Shown here: positions 7,862 to 17,863 of the stretch, in pieces
Numbering within the stretch: position 1 is the first letter of the stretch
Layout: every line of letters starts with the position of its first letter
Virus record (IMG/VR): IMGVR_UViG_2885360797_000005
Direction: 5' to 3' (one strand)
DNA from: a virus
Lineage: Duplodnaviria; Caudoviricetes
Length of the DNA stretch: 64,000 bases
Made by a program: the position numbers and the translations under genes
Notes under the pieces: model-generated
Told to the model about the DNA's origin: nothing
The model's database searches: none
The model's input: the letters and a program-made list of their open reading frames with translations, nothing else

Positions 7862-8422
7862 AAAATATCTGAAATAATAGAAGAAATCGCAATGGGGCCT
7901 TTTGGCTCAAATATCAAAGTCGATAACTTTATTGACTCTGGTATTCCTGTCCTTAATGGCTCAAATTTGCAGGGTATCAAATTAAATGAGGATTCGTTTA
8001 ACTACGTTTCTGAAGAAAAAGCGGATACTCTTGGTAGAGCTAATGCCTTCAGGGGAGATGTTGTTATTACCCATAGAGGTACATTGGGGCAAATAGTGTA
8101 TATACCTCTTGATTCGAAGTATGAAAGATATGTTATATCGCAAAGTCAATTTAGATTGAAACTCAATAAGGATATTATAAGACCGGATTTCTTTGTATAT
8201 TTTTTTCACACACGTTTGGGGCAGCATAGATTGTTGGTGAATGCTTCTCAAGTGGGAGTACCTGCATTAGCAAGGCCAACTTCCACCTTTAAGGAAGTAT
8301 TTATTCCCGTCCCACCAATGGAAATGCAAAATAAAGTAATGGGCGTACTCCATTCTATCGACTCAAAAATCGAGCTGAACCGCCGTATAAATGATAATTT
8401 AATTCCAACCTATTATGCCTAA
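7841..8422 (+). CDS. hsdS: Spare N-terminal half of HsdS (TRD1')
   Basis: Same MEQWKEY start, a different TRD, ends IDSKIELNRRINDNL then diverges. Confidence 0.9.
   Translation: MEQWKEYKISEIIEEIAMGPFGSNIKVDNFIDSGIPVLNGSNLQGIKLNEDSFNYVSEEKADTLGRANAFRGDVVITHRGTLGQIVYIPLDSKYERYVISQSQFRLKLNKDIIRPDFFVYFFHTRLGQHRLLVNASQVGVPALARPTSTFKEVFIPVPPMEMQNKVMGVLHSIDSKIELNRRINDNLIPTYYA
8354..8401 (+). repeat. hsdS central repeat, copy C (left arm + core)
   Basis: Near-identical to 7111-7158; core at 8389-8401. Confidence 0.9.
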
Positions 8423-11400
8423 AACGTTCCATTTTACAGAAGATTCATACGAGCAGTCGATTATCTCCTTGTTCAAGGATATGGGCTATGAATATCATTA
8501 TGGCCCGGAACTCGAATCCGATACCTGTCGAGAACTCACTGATGCTACCATACCGGGAGCATTACGCAAAGCAATGTTGATTATCAATGGAACAGACAAA
8601 ACTGGAGCCGTTGACGAAGCTATCCGACAAATCCGTGAACTATTCAGCCAGCCTTTGGTTAGCGCAAACGTGACCCTTACCGACTGGTTACAAAATGGTT
8701 TGGACGTTACATTCAAAACCGGGCAAGGAACATTGCGCAGTGACCATATCAAAATAATAGACCCTGTTAATATAGACAACAACTCATTTGTAGTTGCCAA
8801 TCAATGGACGGTTGTAAACGGTAACTCCACCAAACGTGCTGACATCGTGGTGTTCGTCAATGGTCTGCCTGTCTCAGTCATTGAGTTAAAATCTCCTTCC
8901 CGTGAAGTTACCAATTCGGAGGAAGCACACCAACAGTTGCAGAACTATATGCGTATCGTTCCACAACTCTTTACTGCTTGTCAAATGCTTGTGATAAGCG
9001 ATATGGCTGATACTCGTGTGGGTACTATTACAGCCCCTCTTGACCGATATATGGAGTGGAAAACCACAGATGGAAGTTACGAAAGCACTGCATTTGCTGA
9101 CTTTGAGACTTTTTTCAATGGCATCTTCACCAAACATCGCTTCATTGATATTATGTCAGATTTCACTCTTACAATGGGAGTGGATAAAAAAGTCCGTATA
9201 CTTGCAGGCTACCATCAATATTTTGCCGTTAAGAAAGCTCTTGACTGCACAAAACAAGCCTTACAACGTAATGACGGTAAAATTGGTGTATTTTGGCACA
9301 CACAAGGTTCTGGCAAGAGTCTTTCAATGGTATTCTATGCCCATCAACTTTTGAAAAATCTGCTGAGTGCCACCTTACTTGTATTGACCGACCGCCTCGA
9401 TTTGAACGACCAACTGCATAACACTTTTGCGGCTTGTAGCGATTACTTACGCCAAACGCCTATAAAGGCTACTGATGGCGAACACTTGTATGAACTGCTT
9501 GAAAAGCGTAAAAGTCATGGTATCATCTTTGCCAACATCCAAAAATTCAAAGACCGTGACAAACTGATTACCAATCGTTCTGATGTAATTGTGATTAGTG
9601 ATGAAGCCCATCGTACACAATCAAACACAAGAACAAAGGTAGATACAGAAACCGGTGAACTAAAACTTGGCTTTGCGGCTATCGTACGTAAACTTTTGCC
9701 TCATGCTGCGTTCATCGGTTTTACAGGTACACCTATCGAGCAAGACGATAACGATACAAGAGAAGTATTCGGCAACTATATTGACATCTACGACATGACC
9801 CAAGCCGTGGAAGACGGTGCCACTGTTCCTGTCTATTATGAAAGTCGCTTGTTAAAATTGGATTTGGATGCCGATACGCTTAAATTGCTGGATAACGAGT
9901 ATGAAAAGCTTGCGGAAGAAGGAGCAGAGGAACAGGACATCAAACGCTCCAAGGATGAAAACGCACGTATTCATGCCCTACTCTCAGCACCACAAACTAT
10001 CGATACCCTGTGTAAAGACATCATAGGTCACTACGAGAACAACCGTGCCGATTTGCTTACGGGCAAGGCTTTGATTGTGGCGATAGACCGTGCTACCGGA
10101 ATTGATATTTACAAAAAGCTGATAGAACTTCGTCCTCAGTGGAAAGACATTATTTGTGTTGTCATGACACAAGGAAACCAAGATCCAGTGGAATGGAATG
10201 ACATTATTGGCTCTGGCGCACGAAAAGAGGAACTGGCTCGTCAGTTCAAAGACAACAATTCACCATTGAAAATCGCTATTGTCGTGGATATGTGGCTCAC
10301 AGGTTTTGATGTACCTTCGCTTGCCACGATGTACGTTTACAAGCCCATGAAGGGGCATAATCTGATGCAGGCTATTGCCAGGGTAAATCGTGTTTTCCCG
10401 GAAAAGAGCGGTGGTTTGGTGGTAGATTATATTGGCATAGCCAAGGCTCTTAAAAAAGCCATGCACGACTATACAGGACGTGACAAGAAACGCTTTGGTG
10501 ACCCGAATATCAAGACTACCGCTTATCAGCAATTTGTTGCTGCACTAAAGCGTTGCCGTGAATGTATGGATGACTACGACTATTCAGCGTTTGCAGACTG
10601 TTCCAACTTGCAACGAGCCAATCTTATAAGAGGTGGTGTAAACGTGCTGCTTGACAAGAACAATCTTGTTTCCTCTCAACCTACCACCCAGACTGATGAA
10701 AACGGCAACATTATTTTAGTGGACTCCGTTCCTGCCGAAGCACAAAAGGTATTTATGGAAGAAAGCAAACGTCTGGCACAAGCTGCATCGCTTTGTCGTA
10801 GCCTGCTGACTCCAGCGGAACGTTATGAAGAAGCATACTTTGAAGCGGTTAGGACATTGCTTTTGCGCCTTACGGGAAACAAAAATATTACTCGAAAAAT
10901 TATAGACGAGCGTATTACACAGTTGCTCAAAGTGGCTATCAAGGCTGACGGCGTGGTGGAAATACTCAGCACCAAAGGGACTGAATTTTCTCTTTTTGAC
11001 GAGAATTTTTTGAAAGAGATTGCCGAGATGAAAGAGAAAAATTTTGCGCTCGAACTTCTCAAACGTTTACTTGAAGAACATATCAGGAAACATGCTAAAA
11101 AGAGAATGGTAGAAGCCGAAAAGTTTAGTGAAATGCTTGATGCCCGACTTGCCGAATACTTGCGTGGCTTGATTTCCAACGAGGAGGTGATAAAAGAGTT
11201 GCTAAAAATGGCGCAGGAGCTGAAAGCGAATGCAGAGCAAGCATCAGAATTGGGACTGACAGAAGAAGAACAAGCATTTTACGATGCTTTGACAAAACCA
11301 CAAGCCGTAAGGGATTTCTACGAAAACGACCAACTTGTTGCGATGGCAAAGGAACTGACCGAAGCCTTACGCAGTAGCAAAACGATTGACTGGCGGCAGA

Positions 11401-11540
11401 AAGAGTCGGCTCGTGCCAAGATGCGCTCTATGGTGAAACGATTGCTCAAAAAGTACAAATACCCACCAGAAGAACAAGAAGCTGCACTTGAAACAGTTAT
11501 TCGTCAGTGTGAACTCTATGCAGATTCAGACGAAGTATAA
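8415..11540 (+). CDS. hsdR: Type I restriction endonuclease subunit R
   Basis: D..VIELK nuclease motif, HTQGSGKS, DEAHR, FTGTP, QAIARVNR. Confidence 0.97.
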   Translation: MPKTFHFTEDSYEQSIISLFKDMGYEYHYGPELESDTCRELTDATIPGALRKAMLIINGTDKTGAVDEAIRQIRELFSQPLVSANVTLTDWLQNGLDVTFKTGQGTLRSDHIKIIDPVNIDNNSFVVANQWTVVNGNSTKRADIVVFVNGLPVSVIELKSPSREVTNSEEAHQQLQNYMRIVPQLFTACQMLVISDMADTRVGTITAPLDRYMEWKTTDGSYESTAFADFETFFNGIFTKHRFIDIMSDFTLTMGVDKKVRILAGYHQYFAVKKALDCTKQALQRNDGKIGVFWHTQGSGKSLSMVFYAHQLLKNLLSATLLVLTDRLDLNDQLHNTFAACSDYLRQTPIKATDGEHLYELLEKRKSHGIIFANIQKFKDRDKLITNRSDVIVISDEAHRTQSNTRTKVDTETGELKLGFAAIVRKLLPHAAFIGFTGTPIEQDDNDTREVFGNYIDIYDMTQAVEDGATVPVYYESRLLKLDLDADTLKLLDNEYEKLAEEGAEEQDIKRSKDENARIHALLSAPQTIDTLCKDIIGHYENNRADLLTGKALIVAIDRATGIDIYKKLIELRPQWKDIICVVMTQGNQDPVEWNDIIGSGARKEELARQFKDNNSPLKIAIVVDMWLTGFDVPSLATMYVYKPMKGHNLMQAIARVNRVFPEKSGGLVVDYIGIAKALKKAMHDYTGRDKKRFGDPNIKTTAYQQFVAALKRCRECMDDYDYSAFADCSNLQRANLIRGGVNVLLDKNNLVSSQPTTQTDENGNIILVDSVPAEAQKVFMEESKRLAQAASLCRSLLTPAERYEEAYFEAVRTLLLRLTGNKNITRKIIDERITQLLKVAIKADGVVEILSTKGTEFSLFDENFLKEIAEMKEKNFALELLKRLLEEHIRKHAKKRMVEAEKFSEMLDARLAEYLRGLISNEEVIKELLKMAQELKANAEQASELGLTEEEQAFYDALTKPQAVRDFYENDQLVAMAKELTEALRSSKTIDWRQKESARAKMRSMVKRLLKKYKYPPEEQEAALETVIRQCELYADSDEV

Positions 11541-11555
11541 TCAAAATAGAATGGT

Positions 11556-13916
11556 ATGGAAGCTAAAGATAGAGAACAATTATATAACGATTTTCAAAAG
11601 GCATTCCCTCTAGAGAAATTGAAGGACATGACTTTGGAGCAATATACAAATTTGAACAGGGAAGATTCATTTTGCTATTGGCTTGAATCAAAGACATCCG
11701 AATTAGGGTCAATATGGGGAGGTGCCGCCTATAAATTTGGTATATTCAAGTTCGACAAATTTCCTAAGCAGGATAATGGGAAATATACACATGATGATAA
11801 CTATTCTTGGAGTAGTCGTTTAGGCAGTACATCAGAAGAGGCATTTAACAATGTCAAGAATGCAATAGTGAAGATAGCTGAACACGCCAGTAATGCACAA
11901 TGGAACGAAATTGAAAAGATAAACGAGTTGTGGCCTGTAACTACATGGAAGATTGCTTTCTTATATTCCAATATGTCCCTTGTCCCCATTTATAAACGGG
12001 ATATGTTGGACACATTGGCAAGATATTTTAAGATAAACACCCTTAAAGGGAAAAAGACATCTGACATACAGCAGTTCTTGATGAAGCAAAAAGGAGACAA
12101 AAACCTCTTTGTCTTCTATGGGGAACTTCTGAGTATTCTGGAAGCTGAAAATAAAAAGAAAACAGAAACAAAGCAGGAAATCAAATACTGGATTTGCGCA
12201 CCGGGTGACCGTGCAAGTAAATGGGATTTATGCCAACAAGATAACATCATCAGTATCGGATGGGACGAAATGGGCGATTATCGTCAATACCCATCTCTTG
12301 ATGATGTAAAGAAACGTATGCAGACAATCTATGATAAGCCTGACGCATCATTTAAGAATGACAGTTTGGCCATTTGGCAATTCTGCAACGAAATGACCCC
12401 GGGAGATATAATATATGCCAAAGCCGGACAAAAGAAATTTGTCGGTCGTGGCATTGTGATGTCTGAATATATCTATAACGAAGATTATTCAGACTACATG
12501 AATGTCAGAAGGGTTAAATGGACGCATATTGGAGAATGGGAAGCTCCGCATAATACAGTTCAAAAGACCCTGACTGACGTTACTCAATACACCAATTACG
12601 TTAGAACCTTGGAGGATATGTTTGAGGGTAAAGAATCCAGACGATATTGGTGGCTTGTGGCCAGTCCCAAAATATGGAGCTTTGACAAAATGAAAGTTGG
12701 TGAAGAACAAGATTATACGCTATATAATGATAATGGCAACCAACGACGGATATTTCAAAACTTTCTGGATGCTAAAGAAGGTGATTTGATAATAGGATAT
12801 GAAGCCACTCCTACAAAGAAAATTGTAGCCTTAGCAGAAGTGTCAAAGGATACGGATGACAAGTATTTCTATTTCAAAAAGACAGAAACATTGCTTTCTG
12901 CCATTGATTTCCTATCTATTAAGGAGAATCCTGTTTTTGCGGGGATGGAATTTTTCAAGAATATGAATGGTTCTTTATTCAAACTTTCCACAGATGAATA
13001 CAAGGAACTGATGGATGTCATTCGGGAACAGAATCCAATTCGTACGGATGTAAAGTCGCAAAAGTATGAAAAAGAGAATTTCTTGTCTGACGTGTTCATG
13101 AACGAAGAGGAATACGACAAATTAACTATGCTTCTCAAAATGAAGAAGAATGTAATTCTTCAAGGAGCACCCGGTGTGGGCAAGACTTATTCTGCCAAAC
13201 GATTGGCTTATGCCCTAATGGGAGAAAAGGATGATTCCCGAATAGAATTTGTCCAGTTTCATCAGAACTACAGTTATGAAGATTTTATCATGGGCTACAA
13301 ACCAAATGCAGAAGGAGGTTTTGAGTTGCGTAATGGTATTTTCTATAACTTCTGTAAGGTTGCTCAGAACAATCCAGAAAAGCAACATTTCTTTATTATT
13401 GATGAGATTAACCGTGGTAATCTGAGTAAAATCTTCGGAGAATTACTGATGCTGATAGAAAGTGATTATCGCGATACAGAAATCAAATTGGCTTATAAGG
13501 ACGAACTGTTTTCTGTCCCCAAAAATCTATACATCATCGGAATGATGAATACAGCTGATAGGAGTTTGGCTATGATAGACTACGCACTTCGTCGTCGTTT
13601 TAGCTTTTTCGAGATGAAACCCGGATTCGATTCTATAGGATTCATAAAGTACCAAAAAGAAGTTATAGGAGATACTTCTTTTGTTAAAGTCATAGATGGG
13701 ATTAAGAACCTCAACGACACAATAGAAAAAGAGTTCGGAAGAGGATTCTGTATCGGGCACAGTTTTTTCTGTAAGCCTAATACAGAAACATATACCATTG
13801 CATGGCTGAAGAATGTGATAGAGTTTGACATTAAACCCATGATTCTTGAATATTGGTTCGACAATGAAAAGAAAGCCCAACAGGAGATTGACAAACTAAC
13901 TCTTTTACTTCAATGA
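11556..13916 (+). CDS. mcrB: McrB-family AAA+ GTPase with extended N-terminal reader domains (EVE/PUA-like)
   Basis: GAPGVGKT, QFHQNYSYEDF, DEINRG, NTADRS, ALRRRF. Confidence 0.93.
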   Translation: MEAKDREQLYNDFQKAFPLEKLKDMTLEQYTNLNREDSFCYWLESKTSELGSIWGGAAYKFGIFKFDKFPKQDNGKYTHDDNYSWSSRLGSTSEEAFNNVKNAIVKIAEHASNAQWNEIEKINELWPVTTWKIAFLYSNMSLVPIYKRDMLDTLARYFKINTLKGKKTSDIQQFLMKQKGDKNLFVFYGELLSILEAENKKKTETKQEIKYWICAPGDRASKWDLCQQDNIISIGWDEMGDYRQYPSLDDVKKRMQTIYDKPDASFKNDSLAIWQFCNEMTPGDIIYAKAGQKKFVGRGIVMSEYIYNEDYSDYMNVRRVKWTHIGEWEAPHNTVQKTLTDVTQYTNYVRTLEDMFEGKESRRYWWLVASPKIWSFDKMKVGEEQDYTLYNDNGNQRRIFQNFLDAKEGDLIIGYEATPTKKIVALAEVSKDTDDKYFYFKKTETLLSAIDFLSIKENPVFAGMEFFKNMNGSLFKLSTDEYKELMDVIREQNPIRTDVKSQKYEKENFLSDVFMNEEEYDKLTMLLKMKKNVILQGAPGVGKTYSAKRLAYALMGEKDDSRIEFVQFHQNYSYEDFIMGYKPNAEGGFELRNGIFYNFCKVAQNNPEKQHFFIIDEINRGNLSKIFGELLMLIESDYRDTEIKLAYKDELFSVPKNLYIIGMMNTADRSLAMIDYALRRRFSFFEMKPGFDSIGFIKYQKEVIGDTSFVKVIDGIKNLNDTIEKEFGRGFCIGHSFFCKPNTETYTIAWLKNVIEFDIKPMILEYWFDNEKKAQQEIDKLTLLLQ

Positions 13917-14959
13917 GTGTGAATAAGAACATATTCATCAAGAATATCTACTATATGTTGGCATACGCTTTCCAAGAGTTGCAACGTAATCAGTATGAAG
14001 ATATTCAGAGTGAGGATTTCGACGAGATACATCAATTGCTTGCCGAAATTCTCATTCATGGTGTATCGTTTCAGTTAAAAAAAGGTCTGCACAAGGAGTA
14101 CATTTCTAAAACTGAATCTATAGCATCAGTGAAAGGGAAAATAGATATACCGGGCACTGTGCAGCACCTTATGCAGAGAAAAATGCGTATATCATGCCAG
14201 TATGATGAATTGTCAGAAAATTGTCTATTTAACCAAATCATTAAAACAACATGTGAGATACTTTTATCACATCCATCTGTAAAGACTAGCCAGAAATTTA
14301 CGATTAAACGTCTAATGCTTTTCTTTTCAGAAGTGAATGAAATACCCCCTCTTTCTATTAAGTGGAACTTGTTGCGTTATGATAGAAACAGTAGAACATA
14401 TCAAATGTTGCATTATATCTGCTTCTTCATTATTGACAATATGATACTGACAAGCCAAGAAGGGAAATTCAAAATGAGTCGCTTTTCTGATGAGCATATG
14501 TGCAGATTATATGAAAAGTTTGTCTTAGAGTATTATCGAAAGGAACATCCCGAAACAAAAGCCCGTGCAGCTCAAATCAAATGGAATATTGACGAACAGC
14601 TATCAACAACGGATATATTACCCATACTCCAAACAGACATCTATCTTACACTAAAAGATAGAACACTTATAATTGATACGAAGTATTATAGTCAAACTAT
14701 GCAGGAGCATTTTGATAAGGTAAGTATTCACAGTGCTAACCTTAACCAAATACTTGTCTATGTTTTAAATGAAGATGATAATATGCAGGGGAAAGTAGAT
14801 GGAATGCTGCTATATGCAAAGACAGATGAAGATATTGTACCTGATGGTCAATTAAAATGGAAGACTGGTAGCACTATATATTTCAGGACACTTGACTTAG
14901 GTGTTGATTTTAAGTATATTCGCAAACAACTGGATGATTTTTTAATCACTAAATCATAG
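13913..14959 (+). CDS. mcrC: McrC modification-dependent nuclease subunit
   Basis: IKNIYYMLAYAF start, TDI..IIDTKYY nuclease motif; 4-nt overlap with mcrB. Confidence 0.93.
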   Translation: MSVNKNIFIKNIYYMLAYAFQELQRNQYEDIQSEDFDEIHQLLAEILIHGVSFQLKKGLHKEYISKTESIASVKGKIDIPGTVQHLMQRKMRISCQYDELSENCLFNQIIKTTCEILLSHPSVKTSQKFTIKRLMLFFSEVNEIPPLSIKWNLLRYDRNSRTYQMLHYICFFIIDNMILTSQEGKFKMSRFSDEHMCRLYEKFVLEYYRKEHPETKARAAQIKWNIDEQLSTTDILPILQTDIYLTLKDRTLIIDTKYYSQTMQEHFDKVSIHSANLNQILVYVLNEDDNMQGKVDGMLLYAKTDEDIVPDGQLKWKTGSTIYFRTLDLGVDFKYIRKQLDDFLITKS

Positions 14960-14984
14960 TTTTAGATGAAACCAACAATCCATA

Positions 14985-15659
14985 ATGAAGAATAAAATGT
15001 CAAGAGCACCCATCTTTACCATCAGCAGGCTCCGTATGGGGACAGACGGACATGGAGTAACCACGCTTGTCGCTTTCATGGGGTGCCCACTCAAATGCAA
15101 GTATTGCCTGAATGAGAAATGCCATGAGCCGATATACGAAGATGATGGAAAGACTCTGAGGAATGGTATTATGCTGCTTACTCCAAGTGAGTTGTATGAT
15201 TTGGTAAAGATTGACAACATCTATTTTCAAGCAACAGACGGAGGCATTTGTTTTGGAGGTGGAGAACCGACATTATATCCAGAGTTTATTGAGGAATTCT
15301 GTGACCTTTGTAACGAAAAATGGAAGATTACAATAGAAACTTCGTTGCGCTGTTCCGGTGAAACTATCAGGAAATTAAGCAAGGCAATAGATTACTGGAT
15401 TGTGGATGTCAAATCTTTAGATTCGGATACATATTCTTCATACACACGTGTATCATCTATGATAGAACAGCATTTGACGATACTGAAACGATGCGTTACG
15501 GATAAACAAGCAACGATTAAAGTGCCTATCATTCCCGGATTCAATAACGAAAGTGAAGCAGATAGAACCGCCGAAGACATCAAAAAAAGGTTTAGGTTTA
15601 CCAATGTAGTTAAGATTAGATATATAACAAAATATTGTTGTCCAACAAAAATTGATTAA
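14985..15659 (+). CDS. Radical SAM protein, glycyl-radical activase-like (short form)
   Basis: DGHGVTTLVAFMGCPLKCKYCLN (CxxxCxxC), GGGEPT, IETS, VDVK, PIIPGFN. Confidence 0.88.
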   Translation: MKNKMSRAPIFTISRLRMGTDGHGVTTLVAFMGCPLKCKYCLNEKCHEPIYEDDGKTLRNGIMLLTPSELYDLVKIDNIYFQATDGGICFGGGEPTLYPEFIEEFCDLCNEKWKITIETSLRCSGETIRKLSKAIDYWIVDVKSLDSDTYSSYTRVSSMIEQHLTILKRCVTDKQATIKVPIIPGFNNESEADRTAEDIKKRFRFTNVVKIRYITKYCCPTKID

Positions 15660-15704
15660 TGAAATAACTCCAGTTGCAACATAGGTTTACAAAATAATAG
15701 AAAT

Positions 15705-16583
15705 ATGACATCAAGAAAGAATAGCGATGAACACTATGTCATCGATTTATGCGATGAAGTTCTTGGTTTAAAAGCATCAAGGCAGCAGACTTTTGACTTT
15801 CTGCGTGGCGATGGGAATCCCGGAAAGAAACTTCCTGTTGATGCGTATTATCCCCAATTAAAACTCGTTGTAGAATATAAGGAGCGGCAACACACAGAAT
15901 CGGTGGCTTTCTTCAACAAGAAAACCACTGTGAGTGGTGTATGTCGCGACGAACAGCGACGTATTTATGACCAGCGACGCAGGGACGTTCTGCCCAAGCA
16001 CGGTATTAAACTGATTGAAATATCATACACTGACTTTAAGTATGACAACCATAAACGCCTCATTCGTAATCGACAAGCAGACATGGCTGAAATACGAAGA
16101 ATACTTTCAAAGACTCAAAATGAAAATCAAAAAGTTGAACATAAAAATACAGATAAGCAGACAAAAAAAGATGAAAGAAACAATCTAAGGAGTAAAACAC
16201 CTGTAAAAGATGGAAGACATACTTGGGTTTACTCTGCATATAGTAAGTTTGGCTGCCTGTTTATATTGGCAGTTGTCTTTTGTACACTATTGATTTCATC
16301 TTATCTCACTATATCTGTTTTCGATTTTAACGAAGGTTTATCATTAATAATTATGTTTTTCTCTTTATTTGTAGTATCATTCATTTTTCATCACTACACA
16401 ACAGGGGTGGATGAAAAGTTGGATAAGGAAAAATATAAAAGAAAAGAAGTATCTTCTATTTATAGTAGTACGAACCATAATCCTGTCTGCTGTCCCCAAT
16501 GTGGAAGTCATACTATAGGTCTGTCAGATAATGGAGGATTCGTCTGTATAGACTGTGGGGTGCAGTGGTATCAAACATATTAA
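15705..16583 (+). CDS. Putative PD-(D/E)xK nuclease with two TM segments and a C-terminal Zn ribbon
   Basis: PVDAYYPQLKLVVEYKERQH; two hydrophobic stretches; CPQC...CIDC. Confidence 0.65.
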   Translation: MTSRKNSDEHYVIDLCDEVLGLKASRQQTFDFLRGDGNPGKKLPVDAYYPQLKLVVEYKERQHTESVAFFNKKTTVSGVCRDEQRRIYDQRRRDVLPKHGIKLIEISYTDFKYDNHKRLIRNRQADMAEIRRILSKTQNENQKVEHKNTDKQTKKDERNNLRSKTPVKDGRHTWVYSAYSKFGCLFILAVVFCTLLISSYLTISVFDFNEGLSLIIMFFSLFVVSFIFHHYTTGVDEKLDKEKYKRKEVSSIYSSTNHNPVCCPQCGSHTIGLSDNGGFVCIDCGVQWYQTY

Positions 16584-16715
16584 CTATCATAGAAGAACTG
16601 TTTCGGGATTGTGGAGGGAGTCCGTTCCTTATCCAATTATGCCTCAAAATCATAAATTTTCCACAAAAAAGTTTACCAGACAGCGATAATTACAGAACAT
16701 TATAAAAATAAGGTC

Positions 16716-17861
16716 ATGAGTACAGGAAAAGAAAAATGCGAAATGCTAAAAGCAATCAGAAAACAGATTGCAGAACGATACAACTTAGAGTACACACCAT
16801 CAGAATGCACTCACAAAGGAAATTGCCTTGGTACATGCCCTAAATGCGATGCCGAACTCCGTGACCTTCAAGAACAGTTAGAACGAAGAGGAATAACGGA
16901 TATTGATTGGAATGTGGAAATTCCCGAAGAGGAAAGTAGTGTAGATCCAGAGGATTCTGCCCGCTCTATTCTGCAAGGTGATGTTGAATCACCGAAAGAG
17001 CCTGAATTGATAAAAGTAACAATGGGGATGCCCGCTCCTCCATACCTATATAGAGATAAAAAACGCGTTCTCTACAAGGAGTGTCAGGTAGCAGGTATTA
17101 CGTTCCATAACCTTGAAGAAGTTTGGGATGAGTTATATGAGGGGGCTGAACTTGCATTAGTCAGAGAAAAAGACAACAAGCACGACAAATATGCTATTGC
17201 CGTAGCCTTGGCCGATGATTATGATGGGGAACCGGATGACTTTGATTTTGACTACATCTTGGGATATGTACCTCGGTCGGATAATAAGGATTTGGCTGAC
17301 ATGATGGATATGGGTTGGGCAGAAGCTTTTGAATGTGAGCTTAGTCAGGTCAACGGTTCTAACCCCTATAAGGGAAGTCTGTGGATGAAGATATACATCG
17401 TCAGCAAAGACGAGGAAGAATATGAGAATACAGAACACCTGTTGCATGCCATGGAACTGGATGATGAAGCATACGAAGAGTTTACCACTTGCATAGAAAA
17501 TCATGGCTGTGCTTATTTTAGGTGGGGAGGTTTCCAACCGTGTGAATACCACAATTTCCCAAAGAAAGGCGATAAAGTTGTATTCATACACAAAGGAGAA
17601 AATATCTCAGAATTATATCTAATGTATTGCATAGCTGTAGGCGATGATAATGCAGCCTACTTCGTAGAGGACAAAACCTCATTACATGCTATTGATGACA
17701 GTTGCTATTATGTGTTCACTACCATTCACGGCCCACTAAAGGTAAGCAATAATCAAATTTCTTTTCTTGAAGATGAGATTGTTTGCGATATTCAAGCTGA
17801 TGAATACCTTTCAGAAAATGCTTCGACCAAACTACAACTATTATTTGATAGCAGGAAATAA
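16716..17861 (+). CDS. Cys-rich N-terminal domain + HIRAN domain protein
   Basis: C..LKAIRKQIA..ECTHKGNCLGTCPKC; HIRAN pattern VAGITF..LVREKDNKHDKYAIAV..LGYVPR. Confidence 0.8.
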   Translation: MSTGKEKCEMLKAIRKQIAERYNLEYTPSECTHKGNCLGTCPKCDAELRDLQEQLERRGITDIDWNVEIPEEESSVDPEDSARSILQGDVESPKEPELIKVTMGMPAPPYLYRDKKRVLYKECQVAGITFHNLEEVWDELYEGAELALVREKDNKHDKYAIAVALADDYDGEPDDFDFDYILGYVPRSDNKDLADMMDMGWAEAFECELSQVNGSNPYKGSLWMKIYIVSKDEEEYENTEHLLHAMELDDEAYEEFTTCIENHGCAYFRWGGFQPCEYHNFPKKGDKVVFIHKGENISELYLMYCIAVGDDNAAYFVEDKTSLHAIDDSCYYVFTTIHGPLKVSNNQISFLEDEIVCDIQADEYLSENASTKLQLLFDSRK

Positions 17862-17863
17862 AT

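Noticed and set aside
4577-8422. Classical invertible hsdS shufflon, or decayed hsdS pseudogenes
   Set aside because: All pieces are co-oriented, have open frames and break at the same 13-bp core
14985-15659. Prokaryotic viperin
   Set aside because: It is short and has activase-type motifs (DG.G...VAF.GCPL.C.YC.N, PIIPGFN) rather than viperin motifs
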